Assembly (NCBI GenBank): GCA_043804895.1
Contig: JAZDIN010000010.1
Span: forward strand, 1 to 17,541
DNA: 17,541 nucleotides
Direction of reading: 5' to 3'
Source: Candidatus Altiarchaeota archaeon
GTDB taxonomy: Archaea > Altiarchaeota > Altiarchaeia > IMC4 > SCGC-AAA252-I15
The notes under the pieces were generated by a model, which saw nothing but the letters and a program-made list of their open reading frames with translations, did not search any database and had not been told where the DNA came from. This document shows positions 14,294-17,541 of this stretch, one piece after another. How positions within the stretch are numbered: the stretch's first letter is position 1; every line of letters starts with the position of its first letter. A program made the translations under genes and the position numbers.

Positions 14294-16555
14294 ATGATGG
14301 AAAAAAACAGAGGATACGGCGTGGAAGAGCCAGTGAAGGCAATGCCCTACAAGTGGCTCCTAACCATATTTACCCTAACCCTCCTCACACTAACAACAAA
14401 AGCACAGTACGACCAACCCGTTCCATGGGGTAGCGGCAACTACTGCACTTGTAACTTCTGGTGGAAGCACAGTGAAGAGGATACCTGGAGGATGTATGAT
14501 TTATTTGGTGTAGGTTGTGATTGTGATTGCTCGAATTGCATAGACGCGAAAGCGAAGCTGCTGGAGAATAACCCCACGTATATCACCTCATGCCTTAAAG
14601 ACCCCACCAACCCTAACTCTGGTGATTGGTGTGATTGTCAAACTCAATGTGATACTAACAATAACCCAACCAAGCCTCCTGGTTACAAATGTTGCAATAA
14701 CTGTGATGACCTAGCATGTTTGGATCCTGAGTGGGAGCCTTGTGGGCCTCCTGCTGTGTGTCCTTGTCCTGACCCAGCTCCATGCTATGACTGTTGCGCT
14801 TCACTTGACTACTGTACCGGAAATCTTACCTCAAACGATGGATACTGCGGTCCAGCATCTGAGGGATGCTTTTACGGCCAGTCATTTGATTATACCAATC
14901 CCTGTGCCAAATGTTGTCAGGCAACTGTGGACTGCTGGGAGAAAGAGCACCGTCTCACCAACCCAATATGGCCTACTCCCGCCTGCAAGTTCGACTGCTG
15001 CCAAGTGGATGCTAACGGCGACTTTTCTCCCGATGGTCAGTGCACGAAAGGGAATCCATCATGCGACATCCAGCCCGTATGTTGCGCAGTCGACACAAGC
15101 ATCGGACCACCATACCCTGATGCCAGGTGTGATCCAGACACATGCTGTAAAAAGGACGGCCGTTACCCAGATTCAGAGGAGAAGGAATGCTGCTCTGATG
15201 AGTATATAAACGGGGGCAGTTCATACTGCTGTAACAGATACTACCAGGACCCAGAAACCAGCGGATATGTGATGTTGGCTCCTTGCTGTAGCGATGAAAG
15301 CGGCAATCAACTATGCTGCGATTACCCTCAAACAAACTGCTGGCAGTATCCTCACCAAGGGGAGGAACCCAAAAAGGGTCTTTGTTACGAGCCTTGCTAT
15401 CCACTTCAGCCGGATTCGCAGTGTTCTAACGAAGGCGACCACTGCTGCCACCTACTCGAAGATGCTGAGGAGGCTAAGAAAGAATGCGACTGGTGTGAAG
15501 ACAAATACTGTCCCAACATTATTAGCGGGGGTATATACGCTTGCCAGAGCGCCCAAGAATGCTGTGACGTCCAAGCTTTAAGCGAATGTAAAGAAGCACT
15601 CTCTCCTTGTGAAGGCAATGATAGCTGCACAACTGAAAGCCTCAAACTTCAGTGTTGTGAAAAAAACGCGGACGGAGACGATTCGTGCTGCATAGCCGCT
15701 AAGGGTGAAAATATAGGCTGCGCCGACTGTTGCACCGAAACCAATCCAAACACCGGCGACCCAGTGCAATGCTGCGACGAAGGATGCTGTGAAGCTGCGA
15801 AACCCTACTGTATCGGGATTGTTGAACTACAAGAGGATGTCTGCGTCGAATGCCTGAAACACGAGGACTGCCCTCAGGTGACGACCAGAGACTGCAACGC
15901 CGACAGCTGCCCCGGACACTGCGAAGACGTTGACGGCGACGATAAGTTAGAGGTGGTTGGTTGCTGCTGGCCTGGCGGATGCAACAAAAACTATGATTGC
16001 ACGAACGGCGGCTGCGTAAGCACTGTATGCGAAGGATGTGGTGAATGCCAGCCCTGCACAGAAGAAGAATGCGGCCAAACAGTAATCAGACAATGTGGGG
16101 ACTGCGGCAACACCTATACTCTAACATGCCCCCCATGTTCGTCATCCTCCAGTAGTGGCACCCATAGTTCCCAAACTTCCTCATCTTCCAGTAGCAGTTC
16201 CTCCTCTAGTGAATCCTCCCCCAGCGAATCCTCATCTACCAGCAGTTCATCCACGAGCAGCGAAACTACTGGTACTACTGGCACGACGGGTACTACTGGT
16301 ACTACTGGCACGACTGGTACTACTGGCACGACGGGTACTACTGGTACTACTGGCACGACTGGGACGACGGGCACTACACTCCCTCCTAACCCCGAGAACC
16401 CTTGTTTGTGCGCTGACGCTGACGTGTCTGTTGGCGAGGCGTGGGCTGCTAGTTTAGGCAGGACCGGCCACCCAGATTGCATTGTGGGCGGGAAGCCTGA
16501 GGGGGTTGAGGGAGTCGACTACATTAAACTCAGCAAATGCATCAGAACATCCTGA
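14294..16555 (+). CDS. Large secreted Cys-rich protein (about 95 Cys) with Ser-rich and (TTG)n linker; C-terminus frameshifted
   Basis: Signal-like KWLLTIFTLTLLTLTTKAQ; many CC pairs; acidic DxD/NxD motifs; CPPC followed by an S-rich linker and (TTG)12. Confidence 0.85.
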   Translation: MMEKNRGYGVEEPVKAMPYKWLLTIFTLTLLTLTTKAQYDQPVPWGSGNYCTCNFWWKHSEEDTWRMYDLFGVGCDCDCSNCIDAKAKLLENNPTYITSCLKDPTNPNSGDWCDCQTQCDTNNNPTKPPGYKCCNNCDDLACLDPEWEPCGPPAVCPCPDPAPCYDCCASLDYCTGNLTSNDGYCGPASEGCFYGQSFDYTNPCAKCCQATVDCWEKEHRLTNPIWPTPACKFDCCQVDANGDFSPDGQCTKGNPSCDIQPVCCAVDTSIGPPYPDARCDPDTCCKKDGRYPDSEEKECCSDEYINGGSSYCCNRYYQDPETSGYVMLAPCCSDESGNQLCCDYPQTNCWQYPHQGEEPKKGLCYEPCYPLQPDSQCSNEGDHCCHLLEDAEEAKKECDWCEDKYCPNIISGGIYACQSAQECCDVQALSECKEALSPCEGNDSCTTESLKLQCCEKNADGDDSCCIAAKGENIGCADCCTETNPNTGDPVQCCDEGCCEAAKPYCIGIVELQEDVCVECLKHEDCPQVTTRDCNADSCPGHCEDVDGDDKLEVVGCCWPGGCNKNYDCTNGGCVSTVCEGCGECQPCTEEECGQTVIRQCGDCGNTYTLTCPPCSSSSSSGTHSSQTSSSSSSSSSSSESSPSESSSTSSSSTSSETTGTTGTTGTTGTTGTTGTTGTTGTTGTTGTTGTTGTTLPPNPENPCLCADADVSVGEAWAASLGRTGHPDCIVGGKPEGVEGVDYIKLSKCIRTS
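16265..16378 (+). repeat. 9-bp coding tandem repeat, (Thr-Thr-Gly)x12
   Basis: ACKACKGGN units; higher-order 45-bp duplication 16274-16318 / 16319-16363 (44/45). Confidence 0.92.
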
Positions 16556-16676
16556 AGGTTGGATATGCCATGATAACGTGTACTCCGACTGTTTCCAAGT
16601 GGGTTGCGAATTCTTCTTCCAAGGCGTTGACTGTGACCCTGACCATCCTGGCGAGGAGTATTGCTGTTCGTGTTAG
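16545..16676 (+). pseudogene. Out-of-frame C-terminal Cys module belonging to the 14294 gene
   Basis: EHPEGWICHDNVYSDCFQVGCEFFFQGVDCDPDHPGEEYCCSC* aligns with the 56-aa repeat of the 2629 protein (EYP..GVCKDQYSDC..C..F..G..NCD..GTEGCCQC). Confidence 0.75.
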
Positions 16677-16780
16677 TACGTCAAAAGCGGGCGCCACCTA
16701 CTCGCCCAGACAACTTATTGGAATCGCATATATAACCTCGGAAATTTAATAATTCTATATATATGCTGGTAAGGTGTCAG

Positions 16781-17541
16781 ATGGCTGGTAAGTCTGCGTT
16801 GAAGGCGTTAGGGTATGGTACCCCCAGCCTCATCATAGTGTCAGCCATACTAATACTGCTCATATCGGGGTCTGGTGGTCAGACTTATCCGGATGCTGAG
16901 AGTTGTATGGAGCAATGCTTTACACAAGAGGGTGCCTTATCGGATGCTGACTGCCTTGAAGTTTGTGTTGAGCTTGTGGATAATGCATGTTGTTGTGTCG
17001 AGAGTAAGTGCATTATGGTCTCTCAGGGAAGTAATATCTCTGAGGGTGGTATCCCAGAGCAGGAATGGTTTTGTTGCCCTACCATATTATGTGCACAACC
17101 TGGAGAAGACGGCACGTGTGATCCTCTCCCCTGTCCGCAGGATTGGTCAACCTGCGAGGATGAGCAGTTTAGGACAGAAGAATCATATAGTGCATATTGT
17201 AGCGTTGATGTGGATAGGGATGGGGTTCCGGACAACTGTTGTGAAACTCCACCTGATTGCCCGAGTTGCAGCCCCCCGTGTGACCCCCCTGGGATTGAAG
17301 TTTACGACCCCACCCGACCTGATGACCCTATGAACGGGTGCGAATGTGTCAGTCGAGAAACTAGAATGTGCGACCCCTGCCCTGACATTGGCATGCATAT
17401 GAACATCTCTAGTTCCTCCCCTACTTCCGGCACTACCAGCTCTGAAAGCGAGTCATCAAGTTCCAGCAGCTCATCACAGGACGGTGGCTTAGGCACCGGT
17501 ACTATCATCACCAATACTGGCACTGGAACGGCAACCAGCGA
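16781..17541 (+). CDS. Secreted Cys-rich protein, paralog of the 2629 gene (partial, runs off the window)
   Basis: Open frame from ATG 16781: MAGKSALKALGYGTPSLIIVSAILILLISGSGGQ..DCLEVCVELVDNACCC..CCP..CPQDWSTCED..DVDRDGVPDNCC..CSPPCDPP..CDPCP, then an S/T/G linker. Not in the ORF track. Confidence 0.88.
   Translation, partial: MAGKSALKALGYGTPSLIIVSAILILLISGSGGQTYPDAESCMEQCFTQEGALSDADCLEVCVELVDNACCCVESKCIMVSQGSNISEGGIPEQEWFCCPTILCAQPGEDGTCDPLPCPQDWSTCEDEQFRTEESYSAYCSVDVDRDGVPDNCCETPPDCPSCSPPCDPPGIEVYDPTRPDDPMNGCECVSRETRMCDPCPDIGMHMNISSSSPTSGTTSSESESSSSSSSSQDGGLGTGTIITNTGTGTATS

Overview
Archaeal accessory island (TATA-like boxes about 22-26 nt upstream of many start codons imply leaderless transcripts; Altiarchaeota/DPANN-like origin is only a guess). 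It holds five nucleotidyltransferase-based toxin-antitoxin/defence-type modules: two MNT-HEPN (one frameshifted), two AbiEi-AbiEii, and one DUF6036-like NTase with a tandem-wHTH partner. It also has a COG1373-type ATPase, a BRO-N gene broken by a 122-bp TA-flanked MITE-like insert, an ICMT/PEMT-family membrane methyltransferase, a membrane-anchored alpha/alpha-barrel-like protein, and four very Cys-rich proteins (the three with visible N-termini have signal peptides and share modules). The main unexplained feature is a degenerate repeat of about 60-100 bp. It occurs once, always in the same orientation, at eight consecutive module boundaries (about 322, 1173, 4147, 5408, 7118, 8195, 9991, 11511). 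Its fullest copies carry tandem TGTTCA-N7-TGAACA dyads. The layout resembles a gene-cassette array with non-attC sites, but no recombinase, RNA gene or CRISPR array is visible in the window.
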